A stretch of 45,452 bases of DNA from Acidobacteriota bacterium (lineage in GTDB: Bacteria; Acidobacteriota; Blastocatellia; HR10; JACQTD01), in NCBI GenBank assembly GCA_016210985.1, contig JACQTD010000111.1, positions 1 through 45,452 on the forward strand. Reading direction: 5' to 3'. Position numbers and translations under genes: made by a program. Below, piece by piece: positions 33,298 through 44,400 of this stretch (within the stretch, counting starts at the first letter, position 1; each line of letters begins with the position of its first letter). The notes under the pieces are model-generated. The model ran no database searches. It had not been told where the DNA came from and saw only the letters and a program-made list of their open reading frames with translations.

Positions 33298-36120
33298 TCA
33301 GTTAAAGCTCAATTGATAACCACCCAGTTCGCGCCCATTATCGTCGGAAGCCAGGATCGTGTATCGGCCGGTCGCGGGCAGGGCCACCGTGAAGCTCGCG
33401 TCGTTGAAGTTGGTCGATTTCCCGACACCCATTCCGTTTGAATCGAACAACTCAACCAGCGGGTTGAGACTCCCGGACGTCCGGAGCATCCGAATGGTGA
33501 CCATCTGGCCTGCAGTGTCGTCGAACCTGTAGGCGTCCATTTCCGCGGCGTCATTGATTGAACTGTTCGTCGACTGCCCGACGCTTACCATGACCGCGTT
33601 CGCCGGATTGTTCAATCGCTGCAGGCTTATCCCATAACCGCCCAATTCACGCCCGTTGTCATCGCTGACGAGCAGCAGGAGGGTTCCCGCTTTATCGACC
33701 GGCCTGTCTATGATGACATCGTCGAAGTCTGAGGACTCCAGGAGTCGAACGCCTGTGGGGTCGAACAGTTCGACCAGCGGATTAAGCGAACCGGATGACC
33801 GGCTCACGCGGATGCGAAGTGCGTCGCCTGCATCGACGGCGATGAGGTAGGAATCCATTTTCGCGGCAGCCGTGATCGAGGAAACGGAGTTCTGGCCGAA
33901 GACCAATGCCGTGGCTCCAGCCGGGGCGTCCAGTCGCTGCAGGCTGACGCCGTAGCCACCGGGGTCGCGTCCGTTATCATCCCCGAGCAAAAGATAATAG
34001 GTGCCGGAAGCGGTAGTCATAGTGTTGAGAATCGCATCGTCGAAGTCCGTTAATTCGGCGAGGCTCGCGCCGCTGGAGTCGAAGAGTTCGACCATGGGAT
34101 TGAGCGATCCAGTTGCCCGGCTCATGCGGATGCGGAGTTTGTCACCAGCATTGGCAACAATGCTGAAAGCATTCATCTCCGCCACCGCATCGATGGAGGA
34201 GCTCAAGTTCTGACCCGCGGTCAGCAGACGCGCACCGACGGGGTTATTCAATCGCTGCAAGTGGAGACCATAAGAGCCCGTCTCGCGTCCATTATCATCC
34301 TCGGCTCGGATTCTATAGGTGCCCGGCTCCGGTGCCGAAACCCCCAGTATAGCATCGTCGAAGTCGGCTACCTCTCCAAGAGCGTGGCCCTGCGGATCGA
34401 TAATCGTGATTTTGGGGTTCAGGCTCTGCGTGGCCCGGCTCATCCGCACGCGAATCACGTCTCCGGCAGTTGCCTCAAAGCCATAAACAATGGCATTGCC
34501 GGGCGAATCGATTGATCCAACCACGGTCTGGCCATACTGAAGCGGTAGAAGAGGCGCGGTCCATTCCACCGTAGCCGAACAGGTAAACCGGACACCCTTG
34601 GCAGTCCCGCTCGCCTCAATGGTGTCGGTACCCAGCGCTCCATTGCTCGTATAACTGAAAGAAGCCCTTCCCATACTGTCGGTAATCCCGGATCCTGCCA
34701 TGCCTGCGTTAGGGCCGCTCATCACATTGAAACTGACCGGCACCGAAGCTATGGGGCCGCTGATATCCGTCACGGTTTGAGTCAGCGTGTGCATGGAGCC
34801 GACCGTTCTGCTTGCCGACGAGGGCTCTACCAAGCAGCCGATCGAGTGGAATTCAAAAGCTCCCAAATCGACCGTTGCGGTGCCGTTACCGTCGCCATCC
34901 GCCACCCGCGGGTTGCCCGCCAGATCCTCTTCATACCCTGAGATCGATGCGTTGTCGCCCGCATCGATGGCGATGGACCCGCGCTGCAACTGATAGTTGT
35001 CCGCCGCAGGATCAACGAACTTCGGATCGCCGGTGATATTGCCGTTCCGGCCCACGGAGGCAAAGACGGCGTCTCCTCCGATAAGGCAATTTCGGATTGT
35101 CGTCCGGGCAAGCGTCCCTGCCCTATCGATTTCCGAACCTCCATAAATCACCACATCCCCGGGCAGTCCTCCAGCCCGGCCTCTCGATCCGGTGACAATG
35201 TTATTGACCAACAGGGCCCGGCTCTGCAGGTCCCCTAGCCCTATTCCCAGCCCGATGCCGAATCGGGTACTGTTCACGATCGTATTATTGACAATGGTGA
35301 AATCGTTGTTGGTATTCGGCGACCCCACAAGCTGGATGCCATCGGTTCCCGACGGAGACTCCCCGCTCCACGTGATCAGGTTGTTGATCATCCTCACCGT
35401 GCTCTGGCGTGCAGCGGAGTTCGGATCCTGAACGAACGTGGCTATCGCAATCCGGCCCAAGTCACTGAAACGGTTGCCGATAATGTCAGTGGAAGCGCCG
35501 ATCACTTCGATGCCATCGGCGAAAACGCCGTTCAACGGTCCTCCCAGGAACACGTTTGAGGTAATTACCGATGATGTCCCGGCCCCCAACTCGATGCAGG
35601 GTCCGCCTAGGTTCACAAACGTGCAATTCGAAATCTCGGCTTCGTCGCCATTCGTCAATATGATTCCGGTATCCGGCAGGGCCTCGAACCGGCAGTTCCG
35701 GATCTTGAGCCCCCTCGATGGTGCACCCGTGGCCTCGAGGGCATCACCTGTTCCACCCGTCACCGCGAGCCCTTCGAGTGTGATATTCTGCGCGCCCACG
35801 ATCTGGATCACCCGAGAACTCGTTCCCCTCACGATCGGCTTCTGGTCCGGCATCGCACGGACGGTGAGCGCTCCTTTACTCAGCCGGATCACCAGGTTTT
35901 CCATGTAGGTACTCGAATCGATGACCTCGACGGTATCACCCGGGCTAGCCGCATCGATCGCGGCCTGGATGGTGGCAAAATCAGCCGCGCCGGCGGTCTT
36001 AGAGACGGTCCAGGTCTTCGCCTGTGAAGAGGAAGAGAAATGCCAGCCCCCTCCCCACACGGGACCGGATGCCAGCGAGGCAACGGTCAGGATGATCCCT
36101 ATCTTCGTCATTCGCTTCAT
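33298..36120 (-). CDS. Secreted 940-aa protein: right-handed parallel beta-helix + Ig-like domain + four tandem PPC-like (pre-peptidase C-terminal-like) repeats
   Basis: The signal peptide is MKRMTKIGIILTVASLASGPVWG. Beta-helix repeats are present (NCRFE, NCTF, ITSNVF, INNLIT, IVNNTIV). GNPRVADGDGNGTATVDLGAFEF is a 'choice-of-anchor Q'-like ending. Four repeats then end in DDNGRE.GGYG.SLQRLN.P. Confidence 0.8.
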   Translation of the reverse strand: MKRMTKIGIILTVASLASGPVWGGGWHFSSSSQAKTWTVSKTAGAADFATIQAAIDAASPGDTVEVIDSSTYMENLVIRLSKGALTVRAMPDQKPIVRGTSSRVIQIVGAQNITLEGLAVTGGTGDALEATGAPSRGLKIRNCRFEALPDTGIILTNGDEAEISNCTFVNLGGPCIELGAGTSSVITSNVFLGGPLNGVFADGIEVIGASTDIIGNRFSDLGRIAIATFVQDPNSAARQSTVRMINNLITWSGESPSGTDGIQLVGSPNTNNDFTIVNNTIVNSTRFGIGLGIGLGDLQSRALLVNNIVTGSRGRAGGLPGDVVIYGGSEIDRAGTLARTTIRNCLIGGDAVFASVGRNGNITGDPKFVDPAADNYQLQRGSIAIDAGDNASISGYEEDLAGNPRVADGDGNGTATVDLGAFEFHSIGCLVEPSSASRTVGSMHTLTQTVTDISGPIASVPVSFNVMSGPNAGMAGSGITDSMGRASFSYTSNGALGTDTIEASGTAKGVRFTCSATVEWTAPLLPLQYGQTVVGSIDSPGNAIVYGFEATAGDVIRVRMSRATQSLNPKITIIDPQGHALGEVADFDDAILGVSAPEPGTYRIRAEDDNGRETGSYGLHLQRLNNPVGARLLTAGQNLSSSIDAVAEMNAFSIVANAGDKLRIRMSRATGSLNPMVELFDSSGASLAELTDFDDAILNTMTTASGTYYLLLGDDNGRDPGGYGVSLQRLDAPAGATALVFGQNSVSSITAAAKMDSYLIAVDAGDALRIRVSRSSGSLNPLVELFDPTGVRLLESSDFDDVIIDRPVDKAGTLLLLVSDDNGRELGGYGISLQRLNNPANAVMVSVGQSTNSSINDAAEMDAYRFDDTAGQMVTIRMLRTSGSLNPLVELFDSNGMGVGKSTNFNDASFTVALPATGRYTILASDDNGRELGGYQLSFN
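33301..34533 (-). repeat. Four in-frame tandem repeats of 106 aa / 318 bp inside the exoprotein gene
   Basis: Repeat starts are at residues 530 (GQTVV), 636 (GQNLS), 742 (GQNSV) and 848 (GQSTN). Shared motifs are AGD.LRIRMSR..GSLNP.VELFD and DDNGRELGGYG.SLQRL. Confidence 0.75.
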
Positions 36121-36399
36121 CCCCGATGTTCCTCGCTCGGTCCTCGACCGCAGCGGAAAGGATCAATAACACGAACTCGACGTCGACTCATTTAAAGGAC
36201 GGCCTGCAGCAGCGGCCAGCGCTCAACTCAAGAACGAACCGGGCCAGGTTAACGCAGCGGTTATCATGGTATCACGTCTCGGGCGGAATTTCGCACCTTA
36301 TACGATGGCCTCAGGCCGTGCGATGGAGATCCGAATTGATTTGGACAGGCCTCGAGGGAATCGGCTAGACTGCGCACTTTCGATCACCGGAGGTGGACT

Positions 36400-37503
36400 A
36401 TGGCAATTAAGAGAGTTGGCGTGCTCACTGGAGGGGGCGACGCTCCGGGGCTCAATGCTGCGATCAAAGGCCTCGTTACGCGGTGCAATGAACTGAACAT
36501 TGAGGTAATGGGCCTTCACGACGGGTGGCAGGCGCTGCTCGACCCCCACTGGGAGGAGGCCACTCCGCTGGATCACACCATGGTCAGGCGATGGGATCGC
36601 GACGGCGGCACCAACCTCGGGTCTTCCCGCACCAATCCGTTCAAAGCGGCCCCGGTCGGCGGCGGAGAACCGGTCGATCGGTCGGATGAAGCCGTCCGAA
36701 ATGCCGGGCGGCTGAAGCTCGACGCGGTTGTGGCCATGGGAGGAGAGGATACGCTTGGCGTGGCCAGCAAGCTATCTCGAAAGGGGCTTCCGGTGCTGGG
36801 CGTTCCCAAGACGATCGACAACGATCTGCCGGGCACCGATTACACCCTGGGCTTCGATACCGCATTGCAGAACTGCCTGGAGAGTATCGAGAGAGCACGC
36901 ACGCCCGCCGGCTCTCATCATATGGTGATGGTGGTCGAAATCATGGGCCGGCACGCAGGCCATCTTGCCTTCTGGAGCGGTGTAGCCGGCGGGGCCGATA
37001 TGATCCTGATCCCGGAGCACCCGTTCAGCTACCAGCTGGTCTATCAACTGCTCGAAGAGCGGTTGGGCGGGAACCCGAGAGACCGGAAGCGACCTCGCTA
37101 TGCCCTGATTGCCGTAGCCGAGGGAGCCACGGCGGTCGACGAGTCCGTAGTCACCGCGGACGTCCCGGTGGATGCCTTCGGTCATGTCAGGCTGGGAGGC
37201 ATCGGCAATCTGCTCTCGGAAAAAATCCATACCGAAACCCGCTTCGAGTCGAGGGCTGTGGTCCTGGGACACGCCCAGCGCGGCGGCTCACCGGGCGCTA
37301 TCGATCGGATTATGGGAAGGATGTTCGGCGTGGTGGCGGCCGATGCGCTCGGGCGCGGCGAAGTCGGAAAGATGGTGAGTGCGCGCGGCGTGGCGCCGGC
37401 GTGCACCTTGAGCCTGGTCGACATCTCCGCCGCTTCCGGACCGATTCGATTGGTGGATGTGAAGAATGTTTATGACCCGGAGCGGTACGTGGCCAAGATC
37501 TAA
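36400..37503 (+). CDS. pfk: 6-phosphofructokinase, PPi-dependent type by signature residues
   Basis: Motifs are VGVLTGGGDAPGLNAAI, GGEDT (Asp where ATP-PFKs have the last Gly of GGDGS), PKTIDNDL (Lys where ATP-PFKs have Gly) and MGRHAGHLA. Confidence 0.85.
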   Translation: MAIKRVGVLTGGGDAPGLNAAIKGLVTRCNELNIEVMGLHDGWQALLDPHWEEATPLDHTMVRRWDRDGGTNLGSSRTNPFKAAPVGGGEPVDRSDEAVRNAGRLKLDAVVAMGGEDTLGVASKLSRKGLPVLGVPKTIDNDLPGTDYTLGFDTALQNCLESIERARTPAGSHHMVMVVEIMGRHAGHLAFWSGVAGGADMILIPEHPFSYQLVYQLLEERLGGNPRDRKRPRYALIAVAEGATAVDESVVTADVPVDAFGHVRLGGIGNLLSEKIHTETRFESRAVVLGHAQRGGSPGAIDRIMGRMFGVVAADALGRGEVGKMVSARGVAPACTLSLVDISAASGPIRLVDVKNVYDPERYVAKI

Positions 37504-37550
37504 AGGACTTTGGATTATCGATGTCGGATTCCCAATCGGGAAACCGTGAT

Positions 37551-37612
37551 GTGGGAGGCCACTCCCGCAGGCCGATGGGGTGCGTTGATGACCGCACGGC
37601 TCGGCCTCCCAC
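37551..37612. terminator. Long stem structure between convergent pfk and addA
   Basis: GTGGGAGGCC (37551-37560) pairs with GGCCTCCCAC (37603-37612). An inner GTGCG/CGCAC hairpin is also present. There is no clear U-tract. Confidence 0.3.
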
Positions 37613-37619
37613 GGTATCT

Positions 37620-40600
37620 TCACAGGCTGCGACGGAAAGTCCATTGACGGCCAGGCCGGCACAATTGAAGGAAGCTGCAGTAACGACAGTGCTCCTCCGG
37701 CCGGGCGGGGCACTCATCAAACTCGAGGGACCTGATCATACTCGACATGGCATCATCGATGGCGGCCGCGGATCTTTCGTGAGAAACGAGCTCCGCCGGA
37801 AATTCAAATTCCATGTCGGGTGCCAGAAAGTGCAGCGTTCCCTTGACCCGTTCCACCTCCGGCAATAATTCGTGAACGGCAAGGATGTAAGCCTGCATCT
37901 GCAGCAGGTAGTCCCGGGCGAGCTGCTCGATTTCCGCAATGAGGTCGGACCCCGGAGTCCGGCTGCGCCCGGGTCGATTGGTCTTGAAGTCGATAACCTC
38001 GGCGTTGACGCGATGCCGCCCGGGCGGGAGGACCGGCTGATCCATACCCGAGCGATCCGGCCTGGCGTTCTCATAAAGCAGCAGTTTGTCGATCGATCCC
38101 TTTAGCGTTCCCTGTGGTCGGCGAAGCTGAAATGGGAGTTCGTGATAGACGCCCGGCGAGCCTGGGCCCGGGGGAAGATCGCCGCCCTGTCGCGATGTCG
38201 ATCTTGAGCGCTCGACTCTACGGCGCACCTCACTCTCCAGATAGTTCCGGGCCAGGGGCGTCAGGTCTCGAACCGCCTCGTCCTGATCGATCTCACGCAC
38301 GCGCTCTCCCCACTCGGATTCGGCTGCTCGAAGCACTTCAGCCAGACTCCTCCTCAACCTGATGATCGGATCTTCCCCCGGCTCGAACGTCTCACAGAAT
38401 CGATGGATCACGGAACCTCTCAGTGTCGCCGTCAGGTTGGCGGGAGGTTCGGGGGCCTCGGCATCATTCCAGAACGCCAGGACCTCGTCGCCGGGAACAT
38501 GCAGCCGCCGGTCGAAATAGAATTGCCGGGGACACCTCTGGAAGTTGAGCAACTGCGTCACGGTGAACGGCCGGGACGCTCCTCCCTGATCGATCCGGAT
38601 CGGCGCCAGCAACGGAAAATCTAGTTCGGCGGCAGATTCGCGTTCCACGGGCGCTTCCGCCCGCACCTCCGCATCCACAGGCAATCGTGCCCGGGTCGTC
38701 TCCCCGGTCTCGCGATCCCACTGGATTCGAACGGAAAGCCCGCCGTCGATGGTCAGCTCGGAATCGTCCGTTCCGGACTCCAGCCCAAGAGCAGACCCAA
38801 CCCAGCTCAGCCAATCGTCGGTTTTCGACTCCTCCGGTTGCGATGGGTTTACCACGCCGGAGAGAACCAGCCGGTCCTGAGCCCTGGTGGCCGCGACATA
38901 GAAGAGCCGCATGCTCTCGAATTGATCCCGCAGGTAGGCCCGCCTCCGCAACTGGTCGAACGTGGCGCCCTGGAGCGCTCTCCCCAGACCGTCGGGCACC
39001 TTTATGGAAAGACCCCAATGCCGGTCGAGAAGATGCCATCCGGTGCGCCTCCTCGAGCGGCTGTGAAGTTCGGGGATGATCACCACGGGGAATTCGAGAC
39101 CCTTGGACTGGTGGATGGTCATCAGGCGAACCACATCGGCTGAAACGTCGAGCGGCTCTTCTCCTTCGCGGCCTCCGGCCTTCTCGAAATCGAGGACATA
39201 CCGAACAAAATCCCGGATCAATTGAGTTCCCGCGCGTTCGAACCGCCCGGCGAGTCCGAGGAGTTTCTCAATATTGGCCAGACGCTGGGCGCCGTCGAAA
39301 TTCGCGGCGACTACGGTTCGAAGTTCGGATGCATCGATCGCGTTTCGCAGGAGGCCGGCGATACTTTCGCGCTGCCGCTTTTCGATCAAGCCGGCGAGAA
39401 GCCGATCGGCGGCGTCGAGGACCGGCCGTTCGTCTGAATCGATGCATGAGACCCGGGCATGGTGTCGGAGCGCATACCGGAGGTTTCGGACCCCGCGCCT
39501 GCGTCGGAGTCGCCCTACTTCCCAGCGTTCGTCCAGGGTGGGCGCGCAACGGAGCGCCAGCAGGGCATGGTCGGACAGGCCGCACAGCGGGGACCGAAGA
39601 ACAGCGGCCAACGCCAGATCATCCGTCTGATTGTCGAGGAAGCGGAGCAATTGGATCAGGTCGGTGATCTCTTCCCGCTGGTAGAAACCCTTCCCATGAA
39701 GAGTCACGAAGGGAATGCCGGCACGGCGTAGCGCGATTTCGTATGTTGACGCATGCGTCATGGCGCGAAAGAGAATCGCAATCTGGCCAAAGGTGAATTT
39801 CGGGGCCTCCGCCGTTCCTGGCTCACTACGACCCGCGGAAGCCGGCGTTCGTCCCACGCATTCGAGAATGGATCGCGCCACCTGTCGGGCTGCCCGTTCC
39901 CGGTGCCGGGCTGCCGCGGACTCCACCCCGATGGGCCGATCCGCCGACGAGCCGTCCACGACCATCAGTTCCACGAGCGGCGGGGGATGGGATGCCGGCC
40001 TCTCGTCGACCCCGGGTTCATGCTCAACGAAACCGAGCTGGCCAAGCTCCTCGACGGTCACGTCCCCGGGCGATCTGAAAACCTGTGCGAACAGATGATT
40101 GAAGAACCCGATCAGATGCGGCTGACTTCTGAAGTTGAGGTGCAATGGAACCGTGATTCCCCCCCGGTTCTCCAGATAACCTGTCATCTCCCTGAATACG
40201 TCGACGTCCGCGCCCCGGAAACCGTAAATCGACTGCTTCCGGTCACCGACGATGAAAATATTTGCTTGCCGGCCCGCCGAAAGCGCGAGCGCTTGCAGGA
40301 GGTCCCGCTGCAGCCCGTTAGTATCCTGGAATTCATCAATCAGAAAGAACCGGTATCGGTTCCCGATCCGCCGGATGACCTCGGGGTGCACACGAAGCAG
40401 CTCCAGCGCGCCGACCTGCAGATCGTCAAAATCGAGCGCCTGGAGTCGCTGTTTCTCTTCCGCCAGCCGTTGCTCAACCGTTCCAAGAACGTGCAGGATC
40501 TCGACGGCGTACGCTCGCGCGAGTTGATCGAAATAGAGCCTGGGCACCCGGCCGGACAGCTTCTCCGCCCAGATCAATTCGTCCAGCTCCCTCACCATCC

Positions 40601-41417
40601 CGGCAAGATTCCCGCGGGCTGAAGGCCGCGCGGATCGAAATCGGATCAGCGGGTGAACGATCTCAACCAGCGGCCGCGAACCCGGCTCGGCCCGCAGCAG
40701 ATCGAGAAGCGAGGGCCAGGCGGCCTCGGCTGCCGCCCGCTTCCCTTCGGCGCCGGGTGGAAGTCCGCTGGCGGAGAGAAACTCCCTCATCCGCCCGTCG
40801 AGCTCCGAAACCGCGGACTGGAGATCCTCCGCGGGACGGTGCGCCGATTGCGTTGCCTCGATCACGCGATCGATCGATAGGCCCTGATCGCGCAGCTCCC
40901 GGTAGATACGCATCATGGCCGCGACGAGATTCGCCCTTCCGTAACCTGCCGCAAGCCGCAGGACGGCGTCATCATCGGAGCTGATCAGCTGGGTAAGCGC
41001 GGATTCAACTATGCCTTCGAGAAGCAGCGCCGACTGATGTCCTTCGAGGAGCAGAAATTGTGGATCGACCTTCGCTTCGACCGGAAATTCGCGCAGGAGC
41101 CGTGCGCAGAAGCCATGGATGGTCGTGATGATCGAGCCATCAAGCGTTCGCTTGTAATTGATCCATTTGGCCCTTTGTTCCGGCGTGGCGGACCGGAGCC
41201 GCTCCTCCAATTCAGCGCGAAGCCGGTGGCGCATCTCATGGGCGGCGTGGTTGGTGAAGGTGAGCGCGACGATCTGGTCGACGGCGATCTCCTGGGTCGC
41301 CAGGATGTGGAGATAGCGTTCGACGAGGACCCGGGTCTTGCCCGCCCCCGGTCCGGCGGTGACCGACACGTGACGGTCAAGCGTGAACGCGGCCAGACGC
41401 TGTTCTTCCTTCAGCAT
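37620..41417 (-). CDS. addA: AddA-type helicase-nuclease (UvrD/PcrA-like motor + C-terminal PD-(D/E)xK nuclease with four-Cys motif)
   Basis: It has Walker A (TAGPGAGKTRVL), DEFQDT, and nuclease motifs (GSIDKLL, EVIDFKTN, QMQAY). The Cys pattern is QRCPRQF...HCRYCSFLQLC. The start ATG at 41417 overlaps the addB stop (ATGCTGA). Confidence 0.85.
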   Translation of the reverse strand: MLKEEQRLAAFTLDRHVSVTAGPGAGKTRVLVERYLHILATQEIAVDQIVALTFTNHAAHEMRHRLRAELEERLRSATPEQRAKWINYKRTLDGSIITTIHGFCARLLREFPVEAKVDPQFLLLEGHQSALLLEGIVESALTQLISSDDDAVLRLAAGYGRANLVAAMMRIYRELRDQGLSIDRVIEATQSAHRPAEDLQSAVSELDGRMREFLSASGLPPGAEGKRAAAEAAWPSLLDLLRAEPGSRPLVEIVHPLIRFRSARPSARGNLAGMVRELDELIWAEKLSGRVPRLYFDQLARAYAVEILHVLGTVEQRLAEEKQRLQALDFDDLQVGALELLRVHPEVIRRIGNRYRFFLIDEFQDTNGLQRDLLQALALSAGRQANIFIVGDRKQSIYGFRGADVDVFREMTGYLENRGGITVPLHLNFRSQPHLIGFFNHLFAQVFRSPGDVTVEELGQLGFVEHEPGVDERPASHPPPLVELMVVDGSSADRPIGVESAAARHRERAARQVARSILECVGRTPASAGRSEPGTAEAPKFTFGQIAILFRAMTHASTYEIALRRAGIPFVTLHGKGFYQREEITDLIQLLRFLDNQTDDLALAAVLRSPLCGLSDHALLALRCAPTLDERWEVGRLRRRRGVRNLRYALRHHARVSCIDSDERPVLDAADRLLAGLIEKRQRESIAGLLRNAIDASELRTVVAANFDGAQRLANIEKLLGLAGRFERAGTQLIRDFVRYVLDFEKAGGREGEEPLDVSADVVRLMTIHQSKGLEFPVVIIPELHSRSRRRTGWHLLDRHWGLSIKVPDGLGRALQGATFDQLRRRAYLRDQFESMRLFYVAATRAQDRLVLSGVVNPSQPEESKTDDWLSWVGSALGLESGTDDSELTIDGGLSVRIQWDRETGETTRARLPVDAEVRAEAPVERESAAELDFPLLAPIRIDQGGASRPFTVTQLLNFQRCPRQFYFDRRLHVPGDEVLAFWNDAEAPEPPANLTATLRGSVIHRFCETFEPGEDPIIRLRRSLAEVLRAAESEWGERVREIDQDEAVRDLTPLARNYLESEVRRRVERSRSTSRQGGDLPPGPGSPGVYHELPFQLRRPQGTLKGSIDKLLLYENARPDRSGMDQPVLPPGRHRVNAEVIDFKTNRPGRSRTPGSDLIAEIEQLARDYLLQMQAYILAVHELLPEVERVKGTLHFLAPDMEFEFPAELVSHERSAAAIDDAMSSMIRSLEFDECPARPEEHCRYCSFLQLCRPGRQWTFRRSL

Positions 41418-44400
41418 GACCCTACCCATCGGGCATCTTTCTGGCGGATGCGATAGGGCTCGTAGCGACAGACGGCGGAGAAGTCGCAATGGCTGCACGT
41501 TTTCAACCCGAGAGAAGGGACCGGCCTGAAGTCTCCCGTCCGGATTCGGTCGATGAAGCTCCAAATGTGTTGCAACATAACCTGGCGAAGGCCTTGCCAG
41601 TCCTCCTCACTTAAGTTGGACGGGACCTTCCCGCCGCGAAGTCCGATTTGCGTGTACGCCTTCAGCGCGGCCCGGTAGAGCCCCTTGTTGCGCCGCTCGC
41701 CGGACCCGCGCAACAGGTAGTAGCCGCCGCCGGCCACCGTTTGACCCGGCCGGAGGAGCCGCTCAACGGCTTCAAGATAAATGCCCAGTTGCAGGTCGCG
41801 GCCCGCTTTCATGTCGTTCACGCCCGAGCCGCCTGATCGCTTGTAGTCATAGGCAATCGTGGTTCCGTCCTCGGCCAGGTCGATCCGGTCGATCTGTCCC
41901 CGCAGGCGAACCGCTTCTCCGGCCGCCGGGGATGCCCTCCGCTGAATCTCGAGGAACGAGGATGTGGACTCAGGATCACTCGCCACCGACTTCATGCCAA
42001 AGGCCCACTCGACGAAGGTTGGAACCACACCGAGCGCCTGCGTGCGTTGCTGCAGCTCGCGTTCGTAGGCGACCACCTGATTCAGGATGATCTTGTGGAT
42101 TTCACGATCAAGCGACCGGATACGGGGGTTGAGCGGGGGCACGCGTGAGGCATGCTCGTCGAAAATCTCGTCCGCGATGCCGCCCATCTCCTCCTGCAAC
42201 CGGACGAGCTCGGCCTGGAGGAGGGATCTCCCCCGACGATTGGAAAAGAACCTCCGAAGCGCTTCGTGAAGCAGTTGCCCCTCCTCGGTCGCCGCCAGAT
42301 CGAGCGCCGCCTCGACGCGAGGTTCCAGTTTAAGGATCCGCTCGGCGAAGAACTTGTAGGGACAATTACCATATAGATTCAACTCGCTGGCGCTGAAAGT
42401 GTGTTCACACCCGAAGCTCGCTTCCAGAATATCGAATAGTTCCCTCCGGTCCAGCCTTCCGTCGAAGGGCCCGAATGCCTGACCGGCGCGCTCACGGCCG
42501 ATCCGGATCCTCCGAAGCGCAAGATCGCTCAAATGGCCTCGGTCTCTGCTCCAGGAGATCAACCGCCCGAGTTCAGCGGAAGTCAGGAGCCGGTGGTCGC
42601 GGTCACCCTGCAAGCATCGTTCTTCCTGCCGGCTGATTGCAGTCGCGAGCTCGGAACCCGTTGAGGCTGCGAGCAGGTCGTTTCCGTCGTAGTCGCTTCG
42701 GATGGTGCGCCGGCAGATTTTCCGTGGTGCAAGCGCATGTTCGATCTCCTCAATGAAATACGATGCGACAGTCTCGGTTCCATCCTCCGCGATTACGGGG
42801 CGGCTCAGGTAGAGCCGCTCCGACGCGCGACAGGCGACCTGATAGAGGTAATGCTCCTCCTTGAGCAGCGTCGCGGGCGAGATGTCCTCAAGCGTCAGGC
42901 CGTATTCTTTAAGCCGCTCGCGTTCTTCGTGGGGATAGATCCAGTCACGGCCGGCGCGTAACGGGAAGCCGCCCTCGACGAGTCCGGCGAGGAAAACCAC
43001 CGGGAACCGGAGGCCGCGAATGTCCGTGGCTTCCAGGACGGCCAGGCCGGCCGGGTCCGATGTTCCCGCACGCAGCGTCTGTGCCCGGAGGCACCGTTGT
43101 GCCTCTTCCACGAACGCGGGTAGCGTCGCCATGCCCGGATCGCCCTCGATTTCGAGGACGGAGTCGCTGATCTCGAATGCCTTGGCCGCCGCCGCCAGTG
43201 CACGACGCAGTCCCTCCAGTCCCCGGAGATCAAGGGCTATCTGATCGAGCCCGAGCCTTGACGCTGACATGGATAGGGGTCGCGCGATGCGCTCCCCGTA
43301 TTGGAGGTGACGGAAGAGGCTCAGTATGGCCGCACTGAGGTTTTGAGCCCGGCCCTCACTGGGAACCGCCACGAGCAAGGCACGCAGGTGCTCAACAACC
43401 AGCTTCGCCCAGGCGATCGCCAGCGGGTGAATCTCGCGCCGCCGGAGCGTCCAGCTCTGGGACGTCGCCGGCCATTCCTCCGCCTCCTCATCCGGCGAGG
43501 GGGCTTCGTTTCCATCCCCGGCGAAGGTCTCATCTTCGGAGCTGTTGGAAGGGAGTGGAATCAGACCTGAACGGGAAGGCGTCAGCCCGGCGTAGAGCTT
43601 CCGTGCCCGGGCGATCCACTCCGGGATGCTCAGATCGCTCCCGACATACGCGATGACATTCTCTAACGCATCGACGTCCCAGCGTCCGGCTCCCGATGTC
43701 CGGGCCGAACCGGGACTATCCGGTCCCTCTGCCGGGACGATGACCCGGGCAGCCTCCTCGCGGATGAGGTCCCCGGCCTCGACTTCCTTCAACAGACAGT
43801 TCAATTCCGCGAGTGCCGTCCGCGACGGTTGGAAGTACCCGGTCTTGAGCACGTCGGCCAGTTCGCCGGCACGCACACCCCGCGCGCCATGACCTCTCCC
43901 TTCAGCCATTAACCTGAGTAGCTTCACAGCAGCTCTGACCGCCGGCACATCGGTTACCGGTATCCGCGGCTCCAATCCGGTAGGGATGCCTTCATCGGCG
44001 AAGATCCGCTGGATGGTATCGGCATACGATGACCGTTCCCTGACGATCAGGACCATCTCTCCTAAAGCGTATTTCTCGATGAGCACAAGCCGCTTGATCT
44101 CGCGTGCGATCGAGCGGACCTCGGTCGCGCGATCACTGCACTCCAGAAGTTCCACGCCGGAGTCCGATGCTTCTATCGAGGTATGATCAGTCCCGCTGTC
44201 CGGCGGGGGCACCTCGTTGCCGCTATGCGGGACGGAGCGGGCAGAATTGAAGAGGTCGAGCTTCAGCGCCGCCAACCCGGCCGGGTGGGAGTCGCTTGGT
44301 TCCGGGGGACGGATTTCGAATGCGGCCATGGCGCGGAGCTGGTCAAGCGTCTCCCGGAAGGGGCTGAAGATTTCCGGATTGCGTTCGTCCCAATTGACAT

